A stretch of DNA of 64,000 nucleotides from an uncultured Gammaproteobacteria bacterium (GTDB lineage Bacteria; Pseudomonadota; Gammaproteobacteria; Steroidobacterales; Steroidobacteraceae). The stretch lies in assembly GCA_963707235.1 (NCBI GenBank), contig CAVPPC010000004.1, positions 1,960,812-2,024,811 on the forward strand, written 5' to 3'. This document shows, piece by piece, positions 1 to 9,589 of the stretch. Each line of letters begins with the position of its first letter. Position 1 is the stretch's first letter. Under the pieces are notes generated by a model. It worked only from the letters and a program-made list of their open reading frames with translations. It did no database searches and was not told the DNA's origin. The position numbers were made by a program, and so were the translations under genes.

Positions 1-249
1 GCCTGCGGCACGTGCTGTGCACCGACATCGAGCGCGACGGCGCGCTGGCGGGCCCGAATCTGGCACTGTATCGCGAGGCCGCTGCGACGCTTTCCGCAGC
101 ATCGGCTGGCAGGCCTCCGGCGGCATCGCGAGCGGCGCCGATCTGCACGCGCTCGCCGCGCTGGGCGTGCCGGCGGCGGTCAGCGGCAAGGCGCTGCTGG
201 AGGAGCGCATCACCTCGAGGAGCTGCGGCCATTCTTGCCAAACGCATAA
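1..249 (+). CDS. hisA: HisA (ProFAR isomerase), C-terminal part; 5' end lies outside the window and the reading frame is disrupted
   Basis: Frame 3 gives '[23 protein letters not shown]'. Frame 2 gives '[32 protein letters not shown]'. Frame 1 gives '[10 protein letters not shown]' with TAA at 247-249. The gene sits directly upstream of and overlapping hisF. Confidence 0.7.
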   Translation, partial: ACGTCCAPTSSATARWRARIWHCIARPLRRFPQHRLAGLRRHRERRRSARARRAGRAGGGQRQGAAGGAHHLEELRPFLPNA

Positions 250-1008
250 TTCCCTGCCTCGACGTGCGCGACGGCCAGGTGGTCAAGGGCGTGCGCTTTC
301 GCGACCACCGCGTGGTCGGCGACATCCTCGAGCTGGCGGCGCGCTATCGCGACGAGGGCGCCGACGAGCTGGTGTTCTACGACATCACCGCCAGCCCCGA
401 GGGCCGCTCGGTCGATCGCGGCTGGGTCGGCGCGCGTGGCGCGCGTGCTCGACATTCCGTTCTGCGTGGCCGGCGGCATCCGCTCGTGGCGGACGCCGAG
501 GCGGTGCTGCAATGCCGGCGCCGAGAAGATCTCGGTGAATTCGCCGGCGCTGCGGCGATCCGGATCTGATCGACGAGCTGGCGCAGCGCTTCGGCGCGCA
601 GTGCGTGGTGGTGGGCATCGACAGCCAGTCGGCGGCCGACGGCTATCGCGTGCTACCAGTTCACCGGCGATCCGACGCGCGCGCGCGACAGCGGCCGCGA
701 CACGCTCGCGTGGGTGCAGCGAAGCGCAGCAGCGCGGCGCCGGCGAGATCGTGCTCAACTGCATGGCTGCCGACGGCGTGCGCGACGGCTACGACATCGA
801 GCAGCTGCGCGCGGTGCGCGCGCGTCTGCAGCGTGCCGCTGGTCGCCTCCGGCGGCGCGGGCAACGCCGACGCACTTCGCGGCCGTGTTCAGCGACGCGC
901 GGCGTCGATGCGGCGCTGGCCGCGAGCGTGTTCCACTCCGGCGCAGCTGCGATATCGCCGACACTCAAAGCGTACCTGCGCACGCAGGGCATCGAGGTGC
1001 GTACATGA
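231..1008 (+). CDS. hisF: Imidazole glycerol phosphate synthase cyclase subunit HisF (several frame disruptions)
   Basis: '[55 protein letters not shown]' continues as '[13 protein letters not shown]', '[14 protein letters not shown]' and '[24 protein letters not shown]', ending '[13 protein letters not shown]'. The pieces are spread over 3 frames. The codon at the expected Met position is ATT (231-233), with no ATG/GTG/TTG nearby in frame. Confidence 0.85.
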
Positions 1009-1652
1009 CCCTGCAAGCGGCGGACATCGATGCGACTGGCGTGGGACAAGCAGCAGGGCCTGCTGCCCGCCATCGTGCAGCATGCCACCAGCGGCGCGGT
1101 GCTGATGCTCGGCTACATGAATCGCGAGGCCCTGCGTGCCACGCTCGAGCGCGGCCGCGTGGTGTTCTACAGCCGCCGCGGCAGCGGCTGTGGGAAAAGG
1201 GCGAGACCTCGGGCAACAGCTTGCGTGTCACCGCAATCCACTGCGACTGCGACGCCGACACGCTGCTGCTGACGGCGCTGCCGGCCGGTCCGGTCTGCCA
1301 CACGGCACCGCGACCTGCTTCGGCGATGAGCCGCTGAGCGCGGCCGAGAGCCTCGCATTCCTGCCGGAGCTCGAGCAGATCATCGAGCAGCGAATCGCCG
1401 GCAACCCGGAGGGCAGCTACACGGCGAGCCTGTATGCCAAGGGCATGCGCCATGTGGCGCAGAAGGTCGGCGAGGAAGGCCTGGAGGTCGCGCTCGCCGC
1501 GGTCGGCGAGAGCGATGCGCGCGCTGGCTCAGCGAATGCGCCGACCTGCTGTTTCACCTGCTGGTGCTGCTGCGCGCCCGCGGCATGGGCTTGCGGGAAC
1601 TGGCCGCTGAGCTGCGTGCCCGGCACGCCGACCGGAGCGCCGCCGGCCCCTG
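1005..1652 (+). CDS. hisIE: Bifunctional phosphoribosyl-AMP cyclohydrolase / phosphoribosyl-ATP pyrophosphatase HisIE (frame disruptions)
   Basis: ATG at 1005 overlaps the hisF stop (ATGA). HisI pieces are '[45 protein letters not shown]' and '[40 protein letters not shown]'. HisE pieces are '[50 protein letters not shown]' and '[33 protein letters not shown]'. TGA is at 1650-1652. Confidence 0.85.
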
Positions 1653-1724
1653 AGAGACGCTCGCGCGGAGCACAGCGGATTCTGTAAACTCAAGCCGCGC
1701 TGCTGCAGGCCGTTAACCGCTGTC

Positions 1725-2225
1725 ATGGGAACCGCGCCGCCGTCGAATCGAAACAGGATGCGCCCTCAGCGCCTGAGCGCGCGGCGCGCGCTGGTGTGGG
1801 CGGCTTGCGCGGGCGGCGTTGCGGGCCTGTACGCCGCCGATTCCAGCGCGCCGCTCCAGGTCAGCGCCACGGTCAGTCCCGTCGCTCGCCTCGAACAACT
1901 GCTGCCGGACCCGCTGCTGATCAGCGCCGCGGATCTGGCGCGCGGCTATGTCGATGCGCCGCGGGCGCTGCGGCTGCGCGTCTACAGCAATAGCCACGCG
2001 GGTTTTGTGCTCGACGTGAGCACGCAGAGTCCGTGGTTCACGGCCGTCGCGATCGATGGCCTCGACACCGGCGTGACCCTCGGCGCCGAGGGCGGCGCAA
2101 TCGTGCAGCGTTGGCCAGGCGCGCCGCAGCGCGACTTGCGCCTGCGCATGCGCTTCAACCTGGCCGCCGGACTGGCGCCCGGGCTGTACGCCTGGCCGCT
2201 GCAGCTGCGCGCGCGGCCGCTTTAG
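1725..2225 (+). CDS. Hypothetical exported protein (166 aa), convergent with the fimbrial cluster
   Basis: ORF with a signal-peptide-like N-terminus ('RRALVWAACAGGVAGLYAAD'). I recognise no family. In high-GC sequence a spurious ORF remains possible. Confidence 0.4.
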   Translation: MGTAPPSNRNRMRPQRLSARRALVWAACAGGVAGLYAADSSAPLQVSATVSPVARLEQLLPDPLLISAADLARGYVDAPRALRLRVYSNSHAGFVLDVSTQSPWFTAVAIDGLDTGVTLGAEGGAIVQRWPGAPQRDLRLRMRFNLAAGLAPGLYAWPLQLRARPL

Positions 2226-2255
2226 CTCCGCACCACAGGCCGCTCAACAAGGCGT

Positions 2256-2759
2256 TCAGTAGGTGATCGTCACGATGATCGTGTCGGCGTAGCTGCCGGC
2301 GGCCACATCCTGGCCGGCCGGAATGCGGCCGTAGATCGTGCCCGTGGCCGTCTGCGTCCGATTGCCCGTCGTCAGGTTCAAGGTCGCACCGCCGGTTGCC
2401 GAGCCGCCAGTGCCATTGCCACGGATGGAGGTATAGGCGGCGTCGAAAAACAGGTTGTAGTTAAGCGTGTTCGCGCCCGAGAGCATCGTGCGCATGGTGT
2501 AGGTGCCACTCGAGCCGGTGCTGTAGCTCGACACGAGCGTGACTGTGGTCGCACCGCCGCTCAGCAGGGTGCAGGTCACAGCCACGTCACCGTTCGCGTA
2601 CGTGGGCGTGGCGCTCAGCGGATTGTAGACGCCGAAGGCAGTGCTGGTGGACGAGGCGGTGCAGCTCACGGCCGCGGTGGCCAGCGCAGGCAGCAGCCCT
2701 GCGCAAGCCGCCAGCCACGCCAACACGCCATTGCGCCGGCTCATGGTGCGCCGGCTCAT
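2256..2759 (-). CDS. Spore-coat-U (SCPU) / Csu-type fimbrial subunit, second copy
   Basis: Signal peptide 'MSRRTMSRRNGVLAWLAACAGLLPALATAAV'. SCPU-like body 'SCTASSTSTAFGVYNP...VAVTCT...LNYNLFFDAAYTSIRGNG...AGSYADTIIVTITY'. The ATG at 2759 overlaps the usher stop (ATGA). Confidence 0.8.
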   Translation of the reverse strand: MSRRTMSRRNGVLAWLAACAGLLPALATAAVSCTASSTSTAFGVYNPLSATPTYANGDVAVTCTLLSGGATTVTLVSSYSTGSSGTYTMRTMLSGANTLNYNLFFDAAYTSIRGNGTGGSATGGATLNLTTGNRTQTATGTIYGRIPAGQDVAAGSYADTIIVTITY

Positions 2760-5119
2760 GGCCGCTGCTCCAGGTCGGCCAGCGGACGGCAGATGACAGT
2801 GCCCATGTCCGGCAGCGGATCGTTCTCGGGCGGCGGATCGAGCCGGAAGCTGCAGCGGCCGCCGTCCCATTGCGCGGTGCCGGCGGTGCCGTGATCAAAA
2901 CCAGTTACGTAGGTCACTCCGTCGTAGGTTACCGGAAAGCTCGCAGCCATGAAGTGCACGCTGGCGCCGGCCGGAACCGGCGAACCGTCCGGCCTCACGA
3001 GCCGGAAGGTGCCGCCGCGCACGCGCTCGACCGGAAATTTCACCACTACGCCGCTCCGGTAGCGCGGCGTCACGGTCAACGTGTTCGCACCGATGCTGGT
3101 ATCGAGCGGCAATTCCACCGGCTCGATGTTGACGCGATTGGCTTCGTAGGGCAGCAGGTCCGGCAGCAACGCATGCCCCTGCTGGTCAGTGTGCGCCACC
3201 AGCTGGTGATCCAGGTAAACGGGAACATTGGCAATGCCCGCCACATCCACCACGGCAAAGCTGCCAACGACCTGCCGCGTGGCGCGCACCTCGCCATCAA
3301 GCAAGGTGGCCGCGCCGCTCCAGAATACGCTCTCGCCGCTGACACCGTGGTTGCGCGCCGCCAGCAGCTGCAGATCGCCGACATTCCACTGCTCGCGCAG
3401 TTCGCCGTCGTAGTTGCCGCGGCTTGAACCGCCCAGGCGCCAACCCTGTCCGGGACCGCGCGGCGGATTCTGGATATAGGTCGCGTACAGCTCGTCGTCC
3501 GGTGCTCCCGCTCCGCTGCCGCTGTTGGCCGTGATCACGGCCGCGCGCCGCTCGGCCAGCGCGATCGTGAAGCCGAGGAACAGGCTGCGGCCTACTTCGC
3601 CGCCCTGACTGCTGCGCGTCGCCGTCAGGTTCAGGGAGCCGCGCTCGGTGATGGTGCGGTTGTAGGTCAGGCTCGCGGTCTGGTTGGTGGGCAGGGTTGC
3701 AAAGCTCTGCCGCACGATCACCGCCGACAACGAACCAAAGCGCTGCAGGTTCAATCCCACCTGCGCCAGATCGCGCCGGCGGAACTGCAGCGCCGCTGCT
3801 TCCGCGGACGAGATCTGGCGGTAACCGTCGCTTGCCACCGAAGTGCTGGCGGCCAGGCTGATGCGGTGCCCCTGCCGCTCGAAGCCAAATCCGTACAGTG
3901 AACCGGAAAGGCCGGGGCCACCGCCCTCCGCGGCCGTGAAGTTCAACACGGCGATGTGTCCCAACGCCACGGCGCCGGCCACGCCAGCCGCCTGCGCCTT
4001 GTGCTCGAGGAATTCGGCGTGCGCTTCCAGCGTCAACGAGTCGTTGAATCCACGCCGGTAGCTGCCGGTGCCCATCAACTCGCCGTAGTGGCCGCTCGCC
4101 GTCGTATAGTCGCGGCGCACCTTTCCCAGGTCCACTTCGTACTGGCTGAGCCCCGGTGCGAGCAATTGCAGGCTGGAATAGAACGGCTGCGTCACCTGCT
4201 GCTCGCGGCCCAGCGCATCGCGCACCACCACGCTCACCTGCCCCGCGCCGGTCACGACCGGGAGCTGGTCAATGATGAACGGGCCGGGAGGCAGTGTGGA
4301 GGTCGAAACCTTCTGGCTGTTCACATACACATCGACCGTCGATGGCACCAGCGCGGTGCCCGACGCGGTCAGGAGCGGTGCCGTGATCAGGTCCGGGCGC
4401 AGCGAGAAATTGCGGCCCCAGCCGATGCCGGCGAAACGCACCGCGCTTCCCCAGGTGCTGCCATCGCTGATCGCATCGCCAAGAGTCAGGCGCTCGATGC
4501 GCGCGGGAAAATCCATCGTGAAACTGGAATCGAGCCGCACCGCCTGCGTCTGCCCGTCGAGCGTGCGCACCACGCCGGAGTTGAGCAACACACCGCTGGC
4601 CGCAAACGCGCCGAGCTCGGCGTAGGCGCCGGTCAGGTTCTCGCCGGCCACGCGTTGTGCGCTGAGTTGATAGTTGAGGAACGCGCCAGGGCTCGCACCG
4701 CCATCGGAGGGCTCCACAATCGGGGCGGCACGCACGCGCGTGGCCGCAAACGCGGTCGGCGCGGCGCTCACGGCAATGGCCTGCGCTGATTCGTCGAGCT
4801 CGACGCTGACACCGGGCACGGCCGCGAGCGGCAGGTAATGGCGCCCCTGGTAAATGATGCCGGTGCCGAGGGGTGTCAACAGGCGCAGGCGCGGAAAGTC
4901 GGCCGCGTCGATCCACAGCGCGCCGCTCGCATCGCGCAGCACGATCAGTGTTTCGCTCTGTGGCTGGCTGTTGACGTTGACGCTCATGACCGACTCGCGC
5001 ATGCCATCATCGGGCGCCGGCGACATGTCGGCGTGGACCGCGGCCGCAGCGCCGCCCAGCAGGCACAGCGGCCAGACTAGGTTAAACCGCCGCGGCGAGA
5101 ACCTGGGATATGGGCACAT
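2756..5119 (-). CDS. Fimbrial outer-membrane usher protein (CsuD-like)
   Basis: 787-aa intact ORF between the chaperone and a subunit gene. It has a signal peptide and beta-rich usher-like composition. The call rests mainly on size and operon position. Confidence 0.8.
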   Translation of the reverse strand: MCPYPRFSPRRFNLVWPLCLLGGAAAAVHADMSPAPDDGMRESVMSVNVNSQPQSETLIVLRDASGALWIDAADFPRLRLLTPLGTGIIYQGRHYLPLAAVPGVSVELDESAQAIAVSAAPTAFAATRVRAAPIVEPSDGGASPGAFLNYQLSAQRVAGENLTGAYAELGAFAASGVLLNSGVVRTLDGQTQAVRLDSSFTMDFPARIERLTLGDAISDGSTWGSAVRFAGIGWGRNFSLRPDLITAPLLTASGTALVPSTVDVYVNSQKVSTSTLPPGPFIIDQLPVVTGAGQVSVVVRDALGREQQVTQPFYSSLQLLAPGLSQYEVDLGKVRRDYTTASGHYGELMGTGSYRRGFNDSLTLEAHAEFLEHKAQAAGVAGAVALGHIAVLNFTAAEGGGPGLSGSLYGFGFERQGHRISLAASTSVASDGYRQISSAEAAALQFRRRDLAQVGLNLQRFGSLSAVIVRQSFATLPTNQTASLTYNRTITERGSLNLTATRSSQGGEVGRSLFLGFTIALAERRAAVITANSGSGAGAPDDELYATYIQNPPRGPGQGWRLGGSSRGNYDGELREQWNVGDLQLLAARNHGVSGESVFWSGAATLLDGEVRATRQVVGSFAVVDVAGIANVPVYLDHQLVAHTDQQGHALLPDLLPYEANRVNIEPVELPLDTSIGANTLTVTPRYRSGVVVKFPVERVRGGTFRLVRPDGSPVPAGASVHFMAASFPVTYDGVTYVTGFDHGTAGTAQWDGGRCSFRLDPPPENDPLPDMGTVICRPLADLEQRP

Positions 5120-5137
5120 TGCGCCGCGCCCGGACTC

Positions 5138-5884
5138 TCAAGAGCCCGCGAATGCGACGTCGGCCTGGAAATCTCCCTGATCGCTGGCACCACGGATGCT
5201 GATGGCGGCGTCATGCGCGACGCCTGCGGGTGGCGCGATCTTCCAGGTCACGGTGCTGCCCGGCAGCACGTAGCGGCTGACAACTCCGCGGGCCAGCGCC
5301 TCGGCCCCGGCGAAATGCAGCGTGAAATCGCTGACCTGTTGGTGAGTCGTCCCCTCGTTGGTGGCGCTCAGCGCCAGTCCACCGTCGGCTAGCCAGTGCG
5401 CGCGCCAGCGCAGCAAGGCTGGCGCCGGACTGGCGGCCTTGACGAATACCGGGATGCTCAGGCGCAACGCAACGCGCAGGCCGGTGAAATTCTTGTCGGC
5501 TGGCTGCGGCACTTCGGCCAGCAGCAAGCGGTAGTCGAGTTCACGGGAAGGATCGGGATCGCGCCGCACCGCGACGCGCACGATCTGCTCGCCATTGGGG
5601 GGCAGCGTAAACACCGGCGGCGTCGCCAGCAGTTCACGGGTCGGCGCGTTGCTTTCCTCGCCGCCCGCCTGGGTCCAGTTCAATGTCGATACCTGCACCA
5701 CGAGCGGCGCCGCATCGTCGTTGTGCACGGTGAGCACCGCGGTACGCTGCGAGCCTTGCAGCTCGATGCGCACCGGCGCGATGCTGAAGGTGCCCGCGGC
5801 GGCCGGAGCGGCCGCCGCGAGCATCAGCATCCACGCAGTGACAGAACCGGCGATCGCCGGCCGCTGTTCGCTAGCGGGTCTCAA
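5138..5884 (-). CDS. Periplasmic pilus chaperone (PapD/CsuC-like)
   Basis: 'FSIAPVRIELQGSQRTAVLTVHNDDAAPLVVQVSTLNWTQ...LATPPVFTLPPNGEQIVRVAV' resembles the PapD N-domain pattern. A signal peptide is present. Confidence 0.85.
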   Translation of the reverse strand: MRPASEQRPAIAGSVTAWMLMLAAAAPAAAGTFSIAPVRIELQGSQRTAVLTVHNDDAAPLVVQVSTLNWTQAGGEESNAPTRELLATPPVFTLPPNGEQIVRVAVRRDPDPSRELDYRLLLAEVPQPADKNFTGLRVALRLSIPVFVKAASPAPALLRWRAHWLADGGLALSATNEGTTHQQVSDFTLHFAGAEALARGVVSRYVLPGSTVTWKIAPPAGVAHDAAISIRGASDQGDFQADVAFAGS

Positions 5885-5904
5885 GGCGTACTTCAGTCAG
5901 TCGA

Positions 5905-6405
5905 TCAATACGTGACCGTCACGTTGATCGTGTCGGAGTACGCACCGGTCGAGACGTTCTGGTTGGTGGCATTGTCCGGGAGGCTCCCGAACACCGTCAG
6001 CGCAACTGCCGTGGCGATACCAGTGCCCGTGCCGGGCATCGTGCTGCCGGTCGTGCCATCGCCGAACAGCGTGGCGAAGGCCGCGGTCGTGTACAGGTTG
6101 TACTGCAACGTGTCCGTGCCGTTGCTCATCAGGCGCTGCGAGATCGTGCCGCCGGTGGTGGTGCCGCCGTTCAGCGCCACGCTGAACGTCGTGCCCTTGG
6201 TGCACTTGACGTTGACGGTCGTGTTGGCGGCCAGCGCGCCAGAACCAGGCGTGTAGTTGCCGAAGCCGAGCGGATTTGCCGCTACCGAGCAGGTCTTGAG
6301 GACCGTCGCGGTGACGCCAAAGGTCGTGGTGGCGGTGGCGGCGCTGGCGCTGCCGGCGGCGGCAACGGCCGCGGCGGCCATCGTTGCTGTGAGGATCTTA
6401 CGCAT
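5905..6405 (-). CDS. Spore-coat-U (SCPU) / CsuA/B-type major fimbrial subunit
   Basis: 'MRKILTATMAAAAVAAAGSASA' signal, then 'TFGVTATVLKTCSV...VNVKCTKGTTFSVALNGG...LQYNLYTTAAF...GAYSDTINVTVTY'. AAGGAG lies 6-7 nt upstream of the ATG at 6405. The annotated ORF extends to 6549, but that N-terminal extension is not signal-like. Confidence 0.85.
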   Translation of the reverse strand: MRKILTATMAAAAVAAAGSASAATATTTFGVTATVLKTCSVAANPLGFGNYTPGSGALAANTTVNVKCTKGTTFSVALNGGTTTGGTISQRLMSNGTDTLQYNLYTTAAFATLFGDGTTGSTMPGTGTGIATAVALTVFGSLPDNATNQNVSTGAYSDTINVTVTY

Positions 6406-6445
6406 GAGCACTCCTTGAGAAGACTGGATGACTTGTCTATGGCAA

Positions 6446-6463
6446 CGGGCCCGTTTGGGCCCG
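6446..6463 (-). terminator. GC hairpin downstream of lysAC (possible terminator)
   Basis: The stem CGGGCCC-(4 nt)-GGGCCCG lies about 110 nt after the lysAC stop. Only a weak T-tract follows on the minus strand. Confidence 0.3.
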
Positions 6464-6572
6464 CTGTGGAGTGAATTCTTGCGATATGACACACAACCGG
6501 TGTGACGTCGGTCGCATTTGCGGCAAGGGGCGCTCAAGTCCGGCGTCAATCTGCCGACAGCGCCGCACTTTT

Positions 6573-9161
6573 CTACAGCACCAATTCCACCGCCGGCGCA
6601 CGCAGGTTGTAGCTGGAACTCATGGCGCGGCCGTAGGCGCCGGCGTTGGCGATCAGCAGCACGTCGCCCTCGAGCGTGGGCGGCAACAGGCGGTCGTGCC
6701 CCAGCACGTCGGCCGATTCGCAGATCGGGCCGACGATGTTGACCAGCTCGGTGGCGGCTTCATCGAGGCGGGTCAGGTTGACGATTTCATGCCAGGCGCC
6801 GTACAGCGCCGGGCGGATCAGCGAATTCATGCCGGTGGCCACGCCGACATAGTGGACGTCTTCCTTGGACTTGGTCTGCGTGACGCGCGCCAGCAGCACG
6901 CCGGCGGCCGACACCACGTAACGGCCGGGTTCGAGCCACAGCTCGATGTGGGGTGCCTGCGCGCGCACCGCGCCCAGCGCGGCATCGAATTTCGCCAGCT
7001 CGAGCGCGGCCTGTTCGCGCCGTTCCGGCACGCCAAGCCCACCGCCGATATTGATGATGCGCACGTCCGGAAAACGCCGCGCCGCAGTGAAGAGGATCTC
7101 GGCCGTTTCGATCCAGTTGGCAATGTCGAACACGCCGCTGCCGGTGTGCGCATGCAGCCCGATGATGCGGCAGCCCGCCGTCTGTGCCAGCGCCGCCACC
7201 GCCGCAATTTCCGCGAGCGGCACGCCGAACTTGGAATTCACGCCGGCGGTGCGCACGTGATGGTGATGACCGCGGCCGGTGCCGGTATCGACGCGCAACA
7301 GCACCTCGCGGTTGGCAAACAGCTGCGGCCAGGCCTGCAGCACGTACAGGTTGTCGATCGTCAGGACCACGCCGCGCTCGAAGGCCCACGCATATTCCTC
7401 GCGCGCGGCAAAATTGGGCGTGAACAGGATGCGCTGTGGCGCGATGCCCGGGACCGAGGCGAACACATGTTCGAGTTCACCGCGCGATACGCATTCGAAG
7501 CCTACTCCGGTGCCCTCGATGATGCGCAGCAGGTCGGCGTTCGGGTTGGCCTTCATCGCGTAGAAGACCTGCGCAAAGGACTTCAGCGCGTGCAGGTCCT
7601 GCGCGGCGCCGCGCACCATCGAGCCGTCATAGACAAAGGCGCAATCGTGGTCGACGGCGACGCGCAGCAGCTCGGCGCGGCGCGCATACCACCACGGCTG
7701 CGGCGCGGCGTCGCTGCGCTTGGTGATGCCGTAGAGGTCCGCCCAGGTCGGCCCGAGCACCGTGTCGCCCGGCACCGGCTTGATCAGCAGGTCGTGCAGC
7801 CCCTGCACCAGCCGGTCGCCCTGCACTTCGTCGACGACGAAAGTAAAGTTCAGGTCATTCGCGGCCTGGCTCACCATGTAGATGCGCTGGTCGGTAAACA
7901 ACTCGAAGGCGGCGCCGAGCTGGTGCAGGATGGCGCGGATATTGCGGCCGACCAGACTCACTTGCGCACAGGGTCCGATCACCTGCACGCGGCACAACTG
8001 GTTCAGATCGGCGACCAGCGCATCGAGCGCGTCCTGATCGAGGTTGTTGGCCTGCGGATCGAGCGACACCGTGACACTGGTTTCGGATGTGGACACCTGA
8101 TCCACCGACATGCCGTGCTGCTTGAAGATGCGGAACGCATCGGCGAGGAATCCAACTTCGTGCCACATGCCAGGGCTGTCGAGCGACACCAGCGTGATGC
8201 CCTTCTTGATGCACACCGCCTTGACCTGCGCGGCGCCATCACCGCCGCTGGCGCTGACGTGCGTGCCTTCGAGCTGCGGCGTCTGCGTGGCGTAGATCCA
8301 CAGCGGAATCTGCGCCACCCTGACCGGCATGATGCAACGCGGATGCAGCACCTTGGCGCCGCTGCTGGCGATCTCCTGCGCTTCATCGTAATGCAGCGCG
8401 CGCAGCAGCCGCGCCGCCGGCGTCGAGCGCGGATTGGCGCTGAACATGCCGGGCACGTCGGTCCAGATTTCCAGGCGCAGCGCGCGCAGCTTGGCGGCGA
8501 AGTACGCACCCGAGGTATCCGAACCGCCGCGGCCCAGCAGCACGGTGTCGCCCGCCGCGTTGCCGGCGATGAAACCTTGCGTCAGCACCACGGGCTCGAG
8601 CGCTTCCAGCCGCGTGCGCAAGTCCGCATCGGCCGAAAACTCGCAGGTGGCGGAAAGATAATTCGCGCTCGCCGGCGCGTTGGCGCGCGGCACGGATTTC
8701 AATCCGGTGCGCGCATCCCACCAGCTGCAGGCGATGCCCTGCGCGTTGAGGAAGCGCGCGCCGAGTTCCGTGGCCAGCAATTCACCACAGGCCATGATGC
8801 GGGCGCGATCGCGATCGCTGAGCGTGCCCTGGCGCGCTGCCGCGTCGAGCAGGCTCCGCAGACGTATCAACCGCTGTTCGAAATAATCCGAGCTGCCGAT
8901 CCCGAGTTCATCGGCGAGGCTCCGGTGCCGCTCCTCGAACGCCGCCAGCAGCGGTGCATGCGCGCCGATCAGCGCCGCGGTGATGAGTTTTTCCAGGCTG
9001 TCGGTGACGCCGCTCAGTGCGGAATGCACGATCAGCACGCGCGCACCGGCCGCGCGGCGTGCGCGCACGACACTGGCGATGTTGCGCCAGTTGGCCAGCG
9101 TGGAAACGCTCGTGCCGCCGAACTTCAGCACGATCCATTCCGCCGCCGCGCCTGCGCTCAT
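6573..9161 (-). CDS. lysA: Bifunctional aspartate kinase / diaminopimelate decarboxylase (LysC-LysA fusion), intact 862 aa
   Basis: The N-terminal half has the aspartokinase signature 'WIVLKFGGTSVS...GRGGSDTSGAYFAAKL'. The C-terminal half is a PLP-dependent DAP decarboxylase ('FYAMKANPNADLL...GLHAHTGSG...EPGRYVV'). Confidence 0.9.
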   Translation of the reverse strand: MSAGAAAEWIVLKFGGTSVSTLANWRNIASVVRARRAAGARVLIVHSALSGVTDSLEKLITAALIGAHAPLLAAFEERHRSLADELGIGSSDYFEQRLIRLRSLLDAAARQGTLSDRDRARIMACGELLATELGARFLNAQGIACSWWDARTGLKSVPRANAPASANYLSATCEFSADADLRTRLEALEPVVLTQGFIAGNAAGDTVLLGRGGSDTSGAYFAAKLRALRLEIWTDVPGMFSANPRSTPAARLLRALHYDEAQEIASSGAKVLHPRCIMPVRVAQIPLWIYATQTPQLEGTHVSASGGDGAAQVKAVCIKKGITLVSLDSPGMWHEVGFLADAFRIFKQHGMSVDQVSTSETSVTVSLDPQANNLDQDALDALVADLNQLCRVQVIGPCAQVSLVGRNIRAILHQLGAAFELFTDQRIYMVSQAANDLNFTFVVDEVQGDRLVQGLHDLLIKPVPGDTVLGPTWADLYGITKRSDAAPQPWWYARRAELLRVAVDHDCAFVYDGSMVRGAAQDLHALKSFAQVFYAMKANPNADLLRIIEGTGVGFECVSRGELEHVFASVPGIAPQRILFTPNFAAREEYAWAFERGVVLTIDNLYVLQAWPQLFANREVLLRVDTGTGRGHHHHVRTAGVNSKFGVPLAEIAAVAALAQTAGCRIIGLHAHTGSGVFDIANWIETAEILFTAARRFPDVRIINIGGGLGVPERREQAALELAKFDAALGAVRAQAPHIELWLEPGRYVVSAAGVLLARVTQTKSKEDVHYVGVATGMNSLIRPALYGAWHEIVNLTRLDEAATELVNIVGPICESADVLGHDRLLPPTLEGDVLLIANAGAYGRAMSSSYNLRAPAVELVL

Positions 9162-9237
9162 CGCTTACTTCTGGAGAATGAGAGGGGTAAATCCCGGGAA
9201 CCGCTGCCGGCCGAAAGCCGTGCCAGCAGCAGCCAGG

Positions 9238-9450
9238 CTATTCTTCGTCGAACAGTTCGCGCAGATCTTTTTCGAGCTTGCGGTCCGCGAGCACTTCTTC
9301 GAGTTTGCTCCAGGCCGCTTTGCCCTTCTTCCCCTGGGTGCGCACGCGCTTGTCGACGCGCGCCAGCAGACCGTCGTAGTCGGTGCTGTCTTCGGCCTCG
9401 GCTACGAATTCTTCGTCAATGTCGAAATTTTCGCTATCGCGCTCAGGCAT
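9238..9450 (-). CDS. Small acidic conserved hypothetical protein (70 aa; possibly PA3496-like family)
   Basis: 'MPERDSENFDIDEEFVAEAEDSTDYDGLLARVDKRVR...LEEVLADRKLEKDLRELFDEE' has coherent charged-helix composition in an otherwise lower-GC spacer. The family assignment is from memory only. Confidence 0.45.
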   Translation of the reverse strand: MPERDSENFDIDEEFVAEAEDSTDYDGLLARVDKRVRTQGKKGKAAWSKLEEVLADRKLEKDLRELFDEE

Positions 9451-9589
9451 GGCGTTTCTTGGAAATATGCTTCAGGATCAGCGGGTTAAGCAAGATTTCG
9501 GTCTCACGGGGACGGCGAACTATAGCTGATTTGCCCAGCTATTCAACTCCGACCCGAAAACCGCAAAAAGGTGCCCTCCAGGATGCCCC

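Noticed and set aside
9162-9237. Lysine riboswitch upstream of lysAC
   Set aside because: The spacer is only about 76 nt, too short for an L-box, and it shows no conserved L-box helices. The small upstream gene is probably co-transcribed.
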